From a virus, in IMG/VR virus record IMGVR_UViG_3300045988_164919, positions 64,001-104,717 of that record: 40,717 bases of DNA, one strand, 5' to 3'. A model generated the notes under the pieces. That model ran no database searches and was not told the DNA's origin. It worked only from the letters and a program-made list of their open reading frames with translations. Made by a program: the position numbers and the translations under genes. Positions 15,109 to 23,548 of the stretch are shown here, piece after piece (position 1 is the stretch's first letter; each line of letters opens with the position of its first letter).

Positions 15109-15158
15109 TTTTATGTATATATTATATTATTTTATTTTAAAAATTTCAATTAAATCGC
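15109..15158 (-). promoter_or_regulatory. Conserved promoter motif copy (class B, TTGAAA-type) upstream of the moron gene.
   Basis: Minus strand CGATTTAATTGAAATTTTTAAAATAAAATAATATAATATATACATAAAA. Confidence 0.45.
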
Positions 15159-16808
15159 GATTGACATACTGCTATCATAAAAACGTTCAGGATAATGGGA
15201 AATCTTATAATTATGATTACTAATTATAGTAGAATAAGGGTCATTAGCAATTATTCTTTTAGCTTCTACGTTTAAATCATCTTCTTCAATTAAGAGAGCT
15301 GCTACACCATAGTAAGGACTACCATCCAATCGAATTGTTTTAGCTCTAATATTAGTATCTCCAAGATACTTTAAATATTCTTTATTAGCAAGACATTCAC
15401 TACAAATATAATGTTCATCATAATCAATATTAATAGTATCAATATTAATAGTTTGATTTCCAATATGTCCAACAAACATAAGAGTTAAATCATCATCAAA
15501 ATGGGCATCCTCACAACACATGCATCTATGTAAATCATTATAACAATCTTCACAAACCCATTCGCCGTCTACTTCAATTGCATCATTTGCATTAACTCGT
15601 TCACCACAGCAATAGCAATAAGTAGATGGATCACAGTCTTCACAAATCACCATTTCAGTGTCGTCAGACAAATAACCATCCTCGCCGCAGCACATACAAG
15701 TCATTAAACCAGAATAATTAATTGTAAATGTACGATATTTATTGTTTGGTGGATTAATTGAAAAAATTCCATAATTCTCTGTATTACCAAAATCATTATA
15801 CATTTCATTTGTTGCAAAATCCAACAGAAAATGATTATCCTTATCTTCTTTATCTTGCCAAGCTCCAATATAAGAGCAACTTTCCAAACTCTCTTGTGGC
15901 TTTTTTCTGTTATAACGCCATTCAGTTTTTTCTTCAACCAAATCAACAAGCCAATTTACAAGAGCTTTATCAAATGCAATATTGTAATAAGGATAAGATT
16001 TTACAGAACAAATAGCATTCGGATGGACAATGATTAATTCTCTCCAACTTTTGGAAGTCCATTCAATAGAAGTATTTTCTGGATAGTAAGGTTTAGTAGT
16101 AATATATGCTACAACAACTAATGGACTATTCATCATCTCAATAGTACCTGCACGATAGCTTCCTGGCCCTTGAGTCCAATTCATACAACTTTCCCAGCAA
16201 TTTGCATTATCGCTCATAGTCATATAATCCAAGGGATGAATAGACAGAGTAAATTTAATTTTAGATTTGCGTACTTCAGTAATACGTGAAACATGATTGC
16301 GAAAAATTTCAAAATCAGGCAAATCAAATTCTTTAGCCATTTTCTGAAGAACTTTCATTACCTTAGCTCCTTCTGGAACTTTAACTACTTTACCATCTTT
16401 ATTGTGATAAGCAAATCCTTTAACAACTCTATTAGTAAAAAGTTGATAAGCTTGAGTTAAATTATATATGGCATGTCTTGTTGCATAACTATTTTCAAAA
16501 TAAGTAGTATCAGATTCAAATAATCTACGAAGATTTGTAATAAAATTGATACCAGGATTAGTGCTATAGAGATACTCATTAACTTCTCTTACTTTTTTGT
16601 TATCTCCATCTTCAACCTGGATTTCCTTCTCCAGCATTAACTTTTCGCCAAAAATATTAAATAGAGTTTGTTTACTCTTATTCCATTCTCGAAGGATATA
16701 ATCAAGAGATGCTTTGAGTTTAATAGGGGAATTAACACCACCCCATGTTTCAATATATTCAGTAATATATTTCTTATCTTGTGCCGTTAATGCTTCATAA
16801 GGCGTCAT
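15150..16808 (-). CDS. Paralog B (552 aa) of the HPLDY/zinc-ribbon family.
   Basis: Uninterrupted ORF with SD AGGGAGTAAATAATC-ATG. It has the conserved core SIHPLDYMTMSDNANCWESCMNWTQGPGSYRAGTIEMMNSP and multiple C-terminal CxxC pairs (CMCCGEDG...CEDCD...CYCCGE...CEDCYNDLHRCMCCED...CSECL). Stop is TAA. Confidence 0.75.
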   Translation of the reverse strand: MTPYEALTAQDKKYITEYIETWGGVNSPIKLKASLDYILREWNKSKQTLFNIFGEKLMLEKEIQVEDGDNKKVREVNEYLYSTNPGINFITNLRRLFESDTTYFENSYATRHAIYNLTQAYQLFTNRVVKGFAYHNKDGKVVKVPEGAKVMKVLQKMAKEFDLPDFEIFRNHVSRITEVRKSKIKFTLSIHPLDYMTMSDNANCWESCMNWTQGPGSYRAGTIEMMNSPLVVVAYITTKPYYPENTSIEWTSKSWRELIIVHPNAICSVKSYPYYNIAFDKALVNWLVDLVEEKTEWRYNRKKPQESLESCSYIGAWQDKEDKDNHFLLDFATNEMYNDFGNTENYGIFSINPPNNKYRTFTINYSGLMTCMCCGEDGYLSDDTEMVICEDCDPSTYCYCCGERVNANDAIEVDGEWVCEDCYNDLHRCMCCEDAHFDDDLTLMFVGHIGNQTINIDTINIDYDEHYICSECLANKEYLKYLGDTNIRAKTIRLDGSPYYGVAALLIEEDDLNVEAKRIIANDPYSTIISNHNYKISHYPERFYDSSMSIAI

Positions 16809-16830
16809 GATTATTTACTCCCTTTATTTT

Positions 16831-16875
16831 TTCTATAAATATTTTATAATATTTTTTTATAAAAATAAAAAAGGG
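16831..16875 (-). promoter_or_regulatory. Conserved promoter motif copy (class A) upstream of paralog B.
   Basis: Plus strand ttctataaatattttataatatttttttataaaaataaaaaaggg. Confidence 0.5.
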
Positions 16876-16903
16876 ATAAAGAATCAAATCTTTATCCCTT
16901 TTT
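16866..16903 (-). terminator. Rho-independent terminator downstream of the HslV-like gene.
   Basis: The stem aagggataaaga/tctttatccctt is flanked by an A-run and a T-run. On the minus strand it reads as a hairpin followed by TTTTTTATTTTT. Confidence 0.6.
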
Positions 16904-16911
16904 ATCTATGT

Positions 16912-17412
16912 TTAATTATCTTTTTTCTGATTATATGTCACAATAGGTTCACAAACAAAGCAACACATAGCACAAGAAACTTTAACAGCTTCTTCTGAAT
17001 CATGTCCAAGATGAAGTGCTGTCAAAGCATAAGGAGCGCCAGCACCGATAGCATAATAATCTTTAATTTCTCTAACTAAGTATCCACAAATCTGAAAAAG
17101 ATGACCTTCAAAAGCCATTAAATAACTATTCCTAATCTCACGAGTATTAGAAATCTCGCCTTTCCATTTACCAAATTCAGTAAAATAATTAAGAATTTCT
17201 CTTTCTGTAGCATTAAGCGGTTGATGATTTTCCATATACAGCCACATAAGACTACATTCATCCGCATTACCAACACTACCAACAATCATATCATTTAAAG
17301 AAATAATTTTAGTAAAGTTAGTATTAGGGTCTTTTTCCCATCCATTAGTTAAAATACTGTCCGCAGACATTTGAATATTATTATCATATACCTTCGCGGC
17401 AACTACGCTCAT
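16912..17412 (-). CDS. HslV/proteasome-beta-like Ntn-hydrolase peptidase homologue, 166 aa.
   Basis: The N-terminus MSVVAAKVYDNNIQMSADSILTNG aligns with proteasome/HslV [23 protein letters not shown] (mature N-terminal Ser/Thr nucleophile). The YAIGAGAPYALTALHLG segment resembles the HslV AIGSGGNYALAAARAL segment. Confidence 0.55.
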   Translation of the reverse strand: MSVVAAKVYDNNIQMSADSILTNGWEKDPNTNFTKIISLNDMIVGSVGNADECSLMWLYMENHQPLNATEREILNYFTEFGKWKGEISNTREIRNSYLMAFEGHLFQICGYLVREIKDYYAIGAGAPYALTALHLGHDSEEAVKVSCAMCCFVCEPIVTYNQKKDN

Positions 17413-17438
17413 TTTATATTACCTCATTTAATATTATT

Positions 17439-18026
17439 TTATTTATAAATTGTTCCTTTTAACAAATCAGGTAATTCATTATTAAGAACTTCTTTCCACC
17501 CAATTATATTACCTTCAAAACCTTCAAGGTCTTTGAAATTACCAGTTGGGCAAGTTTGACTAATCTTACTATCTACAACAAGCTCAATTAATTCATCACA
17601 AATAATACCATGAATTAAATCCCAGTTTTTTGTATGGCGGTCTTGCTTTTCATCAGCTTTAACGACCTTAATCTCTGAACCATCTTCACAAATAAAAATC
17701 CATTTTGAACCAATCTTACCGAAATACCTTCCAAGAGCACAAGCAGTATAGCCATCATCAGTAGCTAATGTGCCGTTCTCCTAAATGGTTAAATAATTAT
17801 GAATTAAATCCCATTGAGGACTATCAGTAGATGTAATATCAGTCCACCATTCAAAGGGTTTATTAGTATGGTCGATTCCGCAATTACAATATTCTGTAGG
17901 ACCGTATTCGATTTCTGACCTGCTTCCGCCATCAGCACTATAACTTTTTATGTTAAAAGCATTTACTGGCATCATCATTAAAGCAACCATAGCGATTACA
18001 AGAATGACATTTAAGAATTTTCGCAT
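17439..18026 (-). CDS. Secreted protein (about 195 aa, one TAG) with internal WDLIH(N/G) repeats.
   Basis: Track ORF 17781..18026 has the signal peptide MRKFLNVILVIAMVALMMMPVNA. It ends at TAG (17781-17783). The frame continues as ENGTLATDDGYTACALGRYFGKIGSKWIFICEDGSEIKVVKADEKQDRHTKNWDLIHGIICDELIELVVDSKISQTCPTGNFKDLEGFEGNIIGWKEVLNNELPDLLKGTIYK to TAA at 17439-17441. Repetition of the WDLIH motif on both sides of the TAG supports read-through. Confidence 0.5.
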
Positions 18027-18119
18027 ATTAATTCTCCTTCAATATAAAATAAATAACTAGTAAATAATACTATATTTCATATGAAAAGTCAAATTTAATA
18101 GCTAAAAAGAATTGACCAC

Positions 18120-18899
18120 TTAAAAGCGGTCAATGTTATTTACAGCATCATCCATTTTATCATGCCAGAGAAAAATATCCTCCAAAGGGTCAATACAATT
18201 AAAAAAGATAATATTATGCTTATTAATAAATCTATCACAATGATAATGACCAAAGAGCCATACATCATATGTAATCATATTCTTAATTTCTTCAAGCCAT
18301 TCTTCCATAGAGGTATCTACAGTAGATTGATCTACTACTGAAAGAAATTTATCAACTGGCCTAAGAGAATAAGGGCAGGTGTGTGATAGTACAAGATCAA
18401 AATGCTTATTAGTTTGTCGAATAAGCATTTCAGCATCAACTTTTTCTTTATCACTTAATTGTTCATCTTCCCACCAAAGCAGATTGTTTTTAAGACGATA
18501 ATATTTATCAACAGAATAAGCACCACCAATAACTAATGTACGATATTCTCTATCTTCGGTTTTAAGATAATAAATCCCGTAATTATCAAAATATCTAATC
18601 AGAGGGTGAGTCGGCTCATACCATACATTAGCCTGAACATTGCTATCCCAAATACGCTCTATACCTTCAACATTTTCAGGACGTACTTCATGATTGCCAT
18701 GCACGCAATAAATAAAATATCCAAACTGGCTTGCATATTCTTTCTTCATATTATCTCTGAATGCACTACCAGTATTAAAACCGCAGTCTCCAAGGATAAT
18801 AATTGCATAGTCTTTTGGATTTAAAATTCTAAACATTCTTGCATTAAGCCATGTGAAATCACCATGACAATCGCCTCTAATCAGATAGTCCTTGAACAT
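18120..18899 (-). CDS. Calcineurin-like metallophosphoesterase (lambda-phosphatase / 2',3'-cyclic phosphodiesterase superfamily), 259 aa.
   Basis: It has the motifs GDCHGD (GDxHG), ILGDCGFNTG (GDxxDRG-like) and GNHE, in canonical order. Confidence 0.65.
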   Translation of the reverse strand: MFKDYLIRGDCHGDFTWLNARMFRILNPKDYAIIILGDCGFNTGSAFRDNMKKEYASQFGYFIYCVHGNHEVRPENVEGIERIWDSNVQANVWYEPTHPLIRYFDNYGIYYLKTEDREYRTLVIGGAYSVDKYYRLKNNLLWWEDEQLSDKEKVDAEMLIRQTNKHFDLVLSHTCPYSLRPVDKFLSVVDQSTVDTSMEEWLEEIKNMITYDVWLFGHYHCDRFINKHNIIFFNCIDPLEDIFLWHDKMDDAVNNIDRF

Positions 18900-18912
18900 T
18901 GAAGTTCCCTCC

Positions 18913-19104
18913 TTACGTATTTTCTTCTTTAGCCAGCTCTTCCTTTAATTCTTCTACTTTTTCTATAACTGCACTAAGCACAACAGCTTGAGCCCCAAAA
19001 CTGGTAAAATGTTCAGTCAACCATTTACCAAGATCATCAAAATTGTTTTCAATTTCTTCAATATCTCGACTATCAATTTCAATAGTCATATTATCTTCAG
19101 ACAT
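18913..19104 (-). CDS. Small acidic protein, 63 aa.
   Basis: Track ORF MSEDNMTIEIDSRDIEEIENNFDDLGKWLTEHFTSFGAQAVVLSAVIEKVEELKEELAKEENT. Confidence 0.45.
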   Translation of the reverse strand: MSEDNMTIEIDSRDIEEIENNFDDLGKWLTEHFTSFGAQAVVLSAVIEKVEELKEELAKEENT

Positions 19105-19912
19105 TTAACATTTCCTTTACAATTCTTTTTTTCATAGTAAGATAAACAATCTTATTCATAAAATCTTCAAGTTCTTCATTACCTTCATCCTTGGTCTTAG
19201 AACAATAATCATCAGCTACTCTTGTAATATTATTAATAGCAGTATTTGCTACAATTCGTGCAGTTTCAAGATCATAGTGATAATTTTTTACATCAAGAAG
19301 ATAATCACCCATTGGAGCCTGAAGGCAATCTGCATATTTAACCCCATCAATATAACGTCCAAGATACTGTTCAATACGAAGCAAATGCATAAGCTGCTTA
19401 CTATCATAACCATATGTATCAATCAGATGAGTTTTAGTAGGATATCTATGTTCCATTGCATGATATTTTTCCATAGCAATACCCTTCATTGTCTTAACTG
19501 CCTTGTAAGGATTATAACGTGCAATAGCTTCACGCTCATTAAGCAGTGCCTGCCACTCATTCCAATACACGCTTGATGCCATTTTATAAGGTGTGAAGAT
19601 ACATTCAAGATATGCCATATTCTGTTTCTTCAAACAATCAATGAACAAACGAATATCTTTAAAATCAATGTGTTCATCATTAGGAAGAATCTTGGTATAA
19701 GATACTGGCTTCTTATTTAGTACAATATCTTCAAATGAAGGAAGAACAATAAGTCGGGTATCTACATCAGACGATTGAGTATCAAGACCATAGTTCTGGC
19801 TACCATAAGCCATTAAACTAACCCAATTTTCTCCTTTAACATTAGCTGCTTCTAAATGAGTTTCTACCTTATCCATAACCCATTTATCTGAATGGTAATT
19901 CATAATTATCAC
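19097..19912 (-). CDS. Pol-beta-superfamily (minimal/kanamycin-type) nucleotidyltransferase, 271 aa.
   Basis: It has the motif AYGSQNYGLDTQSSDVDTRLIV (hG[GS]x9-13Dh[DE]h). Confidence 0.55.
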   Translation of the reverse strand: MIIMNYHSDKWVMDKVETHLEAANVKGENWVSLMAYGSQNYGLDTQSSDVDTRLIVLPSFEDIVLNKKPVSYTKILPNDEHIDFKDIRLFIDCLKKQNMAYLECIFTPYKMASSVYWNEWQALLNEREAIARYNPYKAVKTMKGIAMEKYHAMEHRYPTKTHLIDTYGYDSKQLMHLLRIEQYLGRYIDGVKYADCLQAPMGDYLLDVKNYHYDLETARIVANTAINNITRVADDYCSKTKDEGNEELEDFMNKIVYLTMKKRIVKEMLNV

Positions 19913-20148
19913 TCTCCATACATGATTTCAATTAAATCTCTAGTCAAAGACGCTTCATTTTCAAGGCTATTAACCTTATTCATATATCCATCAGCATCCC
20001 AATCCAAATCTCTGGCTCTGGTACGAAGCTGAACAGGTGTCATATTCAGAAGTTCAGGATGCTCTTTAACCAAATCGAGAATATCTTCTTTATGATATTT
20101 ATTCCAATCAGTTTTTTCAACCAGTTTAATCAATTCTGCTATATTCAT
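19909..20148 (-). CDS. Hypothetical protein, about 79 aa.
   Basis: The C-terminal part of track ORF 19909..20307 is in frame from an internal Met (MNIAELIKLVEKTDWNKYHKEDILDLVKEHPELLNMTPVQLRTRARDLDWDADGYMNKVNSLENEASLTRDLIEIMYGE). The N-terminal part of that track ORF overlaps 20126..20374 in another frame and is probably spurious. Confidence 0.4.
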   Translation of the reverse strand: MNIAELIKLVEKTDWNKYHKEDILDLVKEHPELLNMTPVQLRTRARDLDWDADGYMNKVNSLENEASLTRDLIEIMYGE

Positions 20149-20374
20149 CGTCTTCAAAAATCCCCTCATATACAAATCCAATAGTATCAGAATAAACATT
20201 ATCAATAGCATCATACTCTCGCACGTGTGAATAGCCCCAATAATATCTACTCTCTCCTGCGGCTTTACGAATAATTTGATTAGCATGTTCAGCATCAAGG
20301 GCAGCAATCAGACTAAATCCATGCCAGCCTATCTGCGGTTCAATCACATATACTTTACATTTATATTCAGTCAT
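20126..20374 (-). CDS. Hypothetical protein, 82 aa.
   Basis: Track ORF MTEYKCKVYVIEPQIGWHGFSLIAALDAEHANQIIRKAAGESRYYWGYSHVREYDAIDNVYSDTIGFVYEGIFEDDEYSRID. Confidence 0.5.
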   Translation of the reverse strand: MTEYKCKVYVIEPQIGWHGFSLIAALDAEHANQIIRKAAGESRYYWGYSHVREYDAIDNVYSDTIGFVYEGIFEDDEYSRID

Positions 20375-20639
20375 CAGCGAACTCCTTTACAACCCAATCA
20401 TCTTTATTATCTTCAGTTGCATTTACGCAATGAAAATCTTTACAATACCCACAATTTTTAGCAATCCTTTGATGCTTTTTATCTTTGTGAAGAGAACATC
20501 CATTAGGCCCGCCATTCACAATCTGCATATTTCCATCTTTATCTTCACTAAAAAAATAATCCTGAATAACATACCTACAAAAGTCGCAACAGGCGAAGCG
20601 GAGACATTCTTCTGAACATGCAATCATTTTATGAATCAT
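20367..20639 (-). CDS. Cys-rich small protein, 90 aa.
   Basis: Internal start with a strong SD (TATAAGGAGAAAAAAA-ATG). Protein is MIHKMIACSEECLRFACCDFCRYVIQDYFFSEDKDGNMQIVNGGPNGCSLHKDKKHQRIAKNCGYCKDFHCVNATEDNKDDWVVKEFADD. Confidence 0.45.
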   Translation of the reverse strand: MIHKMIACSEECLRFACCDFCRYVIQDYFFSEDKDGNMQIVNGGPNGCSLHKDKKHQRIAKNCGYCKDFHCVNATEDNKDDWVVKEFADD

Positions 20640-20799
20640 TTTTTTTCTCCTTATAATAAGGGCATTTTGAACAAGTCCAAGAAAAAATTTCTTTTTTCTT
20701 TTCATTCTTTAAACAATAATACTCATAATCAGGATGGTCGAATACATCACCATGCCAAGGAGTTGTATCTTCATACCTAAAATAGATACATTCAGCCAT
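20629..20799 (-). CDS. Small Cys/His-containing protein, 56 aa.
   Basis: ATG at 20799-20797 with SD GTAGAGGAATAAAC-ATG. Protein is MAECIYFRYEDTTPWHGDVFDHPDYEYYCLKNEKKKEIFSWTCSKCPYYKEKKNDS with stop TAA at 20629-20631. Confidence 0.35.
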   Translation of the reverse strand: MAECIYFRYEDTTPWHGDVFDHPDYEYYCLKNEKKKEIFSWTCSKCPYYKEKKNDS

Positions 20800-20801
20800 G
20801 T

Positions 20802-21032
20802 TTATTCCTCTACAAAATGAATAATTAAATCATAACCTTCTTCCGTTTCAACCATTTCATATGGATGATGAAGATCAATTTTATATCCATCTCGCTTTTG
20901 AATTTCAACGCCTTGAGAGCCAATAGCATCAGGGAAAATACGAATCCTATTAGAAGTATAATTCCAAGAGGAAATAAGAATCATCCCGGCAACTATAACC
21001 AATAGGATTGTTATAATACACTTTTTAATCAT
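20802..21032 (-). CDS. Small membrane-anchored protein, 76 aa.
   Basis: Track ORF MIKKCIITILLVIVAGMILISSWNY... has an N-terminal TM helix. Confidence 0.45.
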   Translation of the reverse strand: MIKKCIITILLVIVAGMILISSWNYTSNRIRIFPDAIGSQGVEIQKRDGYKIDLHHPYEMVETEEGYDLIIHFVEE

Positions 21033-21270
21033 TTGCCATTATATCCTTCCATGTACAAGTATTAAGCCAGTATCGCGTCTGATTGCTGCCATCTTTAGAA
21101 CTTGCCGCCAACCCCTGACCGATAAGGCCACGCATGACACCTGAAGCACCCTGTGGTGTAATATCAAAATCATACTTACGCTTTGCGAATGCTGAAATTT
21201 GCTTGGCAGTAAGAGTGCCACTTTCTTTAAGGATTTTAATTACCATTTCTTTCTTTTCCATTACATCCAA
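21025..21270 (-). CDS. Hypothetical protein, 81 aa.
   Basis: Track ORF MDVMEKKEMVIKILKESGTLTAKQISAFAKRKYDFDITPQGASGVMRGLIGQGLAASSKDG... may be a wHTH-like protein. Confidence 0.45.
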   Translation of the reverse strand: MDVMEKKEMVIKILKESGTLTAKQISAFAKRKYDFDITPQGASGVMRGLIGQGLAASSKDGSNQTRYWLNTCTWKDIMAND

Positions 21271-21716
21271 TCCTCGCTTACCCTTTCATTAACCGGTTTA
21301 ACTATATTAAGTTCAATAGGTTCCCAATTATAATCAGTCCAATGAAGCCAATCAGTTGCTGTCCATTTATCACATTCTTCAAGTAACTTATCTATTTTCT
21401 TTATCTGCCGTTTACAATCAATAACAGCTCGTTCATATTTTCTGTATTCTTTTTTAGTTTCTTTATATTTAGGATTTGTCTTGCCGTCTTGAAGGATAGG
21501 AAGACATTTATTCATATCTTGAACAATATGATGCCGTTGAGTTTCATATGCCATTTTTTGCACTTTAAGAGTTTCAATATGGCTACGAATACTACTCTGA
21601 ATTAGAGCAGAATTAAACAACTCTTCAAGGTAATCATTCAACTTATCTTCAGTAAGATAACCAAGTTCCTGCTCTTCATATTCAGGACCATATGTCAATC
21701 TATAAATACGTTCCAT
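21261..21716 (-). CDS. Hypothetical protein, 151 aa.
   Basis: Track ORF MERIYRLTYGPEYEEQELGYLTEDKLNDYLEELFNSALIQSSIRSHIETLKVQKMAYETQRHHIVQDMNK... Confidence 0.5.
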   Translation of the reverse strand: MERIYRLTYGPEYEEQELGYLTEDKLNDYLEELFNSALIQSSIRSHIETLKVQKMAYETQRHHIVQDMNKCLPILQDGKTNPKYKETKKEYRKYERAVIDCKRQIKKIDKLLEECDKWTATDWLHWTDYNWEPIELNIVKPVNERVSEDWM

Positions 21717-21732
21717 CTCTCTCCCATCCTTT

Positions 21733-21770
21733 CTATATATATTATATCAAATTTTTTATAAATTTTCGAG
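21733..21770 (-). promoter_or_regulatory. Conserved promoter motif copy (variant).
   Basis: Plus strand ctatatatattatatcaaattttttataaattttcgag, upstream of 21261..21716. Confidence 0.35.
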
Positions 21771-21795
21771 TATTCAATTTTGGCAAGAATTTAAA

Positions 21796-23460
21796 CTAAA
21801 CATAATCATCAGGGTAAATTGCCTTTAGCCGCACCTTGGCATTAGCAATTCTTTCAAGGGACAGAAATGGCTCCCATACCTTCTTATCTACCTTGTCAAC
21901 ATCAATATACTGAAAATCGCCCCACAAGTCTAGCTCCTTCGGCACATCATCGAAATCATAATCTTCATAACAATCATCACAAACATCAATAGGATTTCCA
22001 ACATCTCGACGATGCTTACCATTAGGAGTTTTTATCTCAAACATGTAGGGAAGAGTCTGTTTCTTGAAATCATAATCAAGCCATTTAGTTTCTCCGCAGC
22101 AGCTACAAACCTGGGTGCGGCCCTCTGCACACCAGCTGCAATAAGTTGCACCATCTTCACTACAAAACCAAGCGTCTTCACTATCAATCCAAGCACCGCA
22201 ATCATCACACTGGACTTTACCTTCACAGGTTGCACATACAACTTTATCACATTCTACAAATGCGTCTACATTTCCACTCGGGTCAGCTTCATAGCCTTTA
22301 CCGCAACACATACATTCAGCCACACCAGAATAGCAAACTTCTACTTCTTTTACTTCTGGATTAATATAAGCATAATGATTATCATAATAATCATTATACA
22401 TAGCTCCAGTCCTCATGCGGATATAAACCTGACCAAAATCAGTTTTATTGCTCTGATTCTGCCAAACCTCATACATTTTATCATCATAATGCCAGCCCAT
22501 ATTTTGTTCAGCCAACTGCTTAATCTTATTCAGCACATAATCACGCAGATAAATGTTATTATAAGGATACTGCTTAATTTCAGTAATGATATCCTTATTA
22601 ACAATATAGAGACACCGCCAACGCTTATTGCTCCAAGTTCTGGTATCACGGTCAATAGGATGATAAGGATGTTCAGATTCAACATATGCTTCAAGGATGA
22701 CAGGAGAATTCATCATTTCGACAGTACCAAGACGATAATCACCACCCTGATACCAATTCATGCAGCTCTCCCAGTCACAAGCATTATCACTCATAGTAAG
22801 ATAGTCAAGCGGATGAATAGACAGTACAATATCAGCATTAATCATACGGTCATTCAAAACACGCGAATGAAGAATACGAAACTGCTCAAATGCTTCTTTA
22901 TCCAGCTCAAACCAATCGACAATTTTAGCCATCATTCGCATCAGCTTCATATCACTTTTCAGTTCAAGTGGCTTCGAAGTATCTGCATGTGGACCTCGGC
23001 GAATAGTGACAGATTTGGTACCCCAATCAAACATATACAAATTTTTATTGGCTACAAGAGATTCAGTATCAAGGCAATGTTCAATCATACTACAACACAT
23101 AGCCCGTTCATCCTTGTCAAGAGTGGCATCCATCCAAGAATAATAAATATTAGTAATCTGCTCGTAAGAGTCAATGAATTTTTTAACGTTTGCTAATTCA
23201 GGATTATTATAAATTTCTTCATACATTGCATTGAATTTATCCATCAAATCATCCCCAGATGCCTGATAGGAAATATGATCTTCGACCATCAAATTATTAC
23301 CAAGCAACTCATACAGGTCAAGCTTTTCAGCAGCCCAAAACCGTAGAAGATGATTGATTTCATCTACTGTACAGTAATTATCAGAATGAAGGTACTCTTT
23401 AATATAATCATGCAGCAGATTCTTTTCTTCTTCTGGAATAAGAGTCCTCAAATCCGTCAT
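21796..23460 (-). CDS. Paralog C (554 aa) of the HPLDY/zinc-ribbon family.
   Basis: Uninterrupted ORF with the core SIHPLDYLTMSDNACDWESCMNWYQGGDYRLGTVEMMNSP and a C-terminal cluster of at least 8 CxxC pairs (CMCCGKG...CATCEG...CDDCG...CSWC...CSCCGE...CDDCYEDYD). The + strand ORFs 22012..23196 and 22146..22364 are antisense. Confidence 0.75.
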   Translation of the reverse strand: MTDLRTLIPEEEKNLLHDYIKEYLHSDNYCTVDEINHLLRFWAAEKLDLYELLGNNLMVEDHISYQASGDDLMDKFNAMYEEIYNNPELANVKKFIDSYEQITNIYYSWMDATLDKDERAMCCSMIEHCLDTESLVANKNLYMFDWGTKSVTIRRGPHADTSKPLELKSDMKLMRMMAKIVDWFELDKEAFEQFRILHSRVLNDRMINADIVLSIHPLDYLTMSDNACDWESCMNWYQGGDYRLGTVEMMNSPVILEAYVESEHPYHPIDRDTRTWSNKRWRCLYIVNKDIITEIKQYPYNNIYLRDYVLNKIKQLAEQNMGWHYDDKMYEVWQNQSNKTDFGQVYIRMRTGAMYNDYYDNHYAYINPEVKEVEVCYSGVAECMCCGKGYEADPSGNVDAFVECDKVVCATCEGKVQCDDCGAWIDSEDAWFCSEDGATYCSWCAEGRTQVCSCCGETKWLDYDFKKQTLPYMFEIKTPNGKHRRDVGNPIDVCDDCYEDYDFDDVPKELDLWGDFQYIDVDKVDKKVWEPFLSLERIANAKVRLKAIYPDDYV

Positions 23461-23485
23461 TTTAATTCACCTTTTCCCTTTAATT

Positions 23486-23529
23486 TATATATATATTTTA
23501 TAATATTTTTTTATAAAAATAAAATAAGG
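23486..23529 (-). promoter_or_regulatory. Conserved promoter motif copy (class A core) upstream of paralog C.
   Basis: Plus strand tatatatatattttataatatttttttataaaaataaaataagg. Confidence 0.5.
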
Positions 23530-23548
23530 AGCCTTTAACAAGGCTCCT
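23527..23548 (-). terminator. Terminator hairpin downstream of the endonuclease-like gene.
   Basis: aggagccttt-aaca-aggctcct is a perfect 8-9 bp stem. On the minus strand it is followed by T-rich sequence. Confidence 0.5.

Noticed and set aside
22012-23196. A 394-aa ORF on the + strand, along with many other + strand ORFs (428..730, 12720..13043, 13110..13319, 14707..15153, 25034..25504, 26430..26972, 28269..28697, 29943..30248, 32982..33320, 33625..33942 and others).
   Set aside because: All of them lie antisense to long minus-strand genes that have domain support or a good SD. They are Ile/Phe/Asn-rich low-complexity translations typical of open antisense frames in AT-rich DNA. None has an SD.
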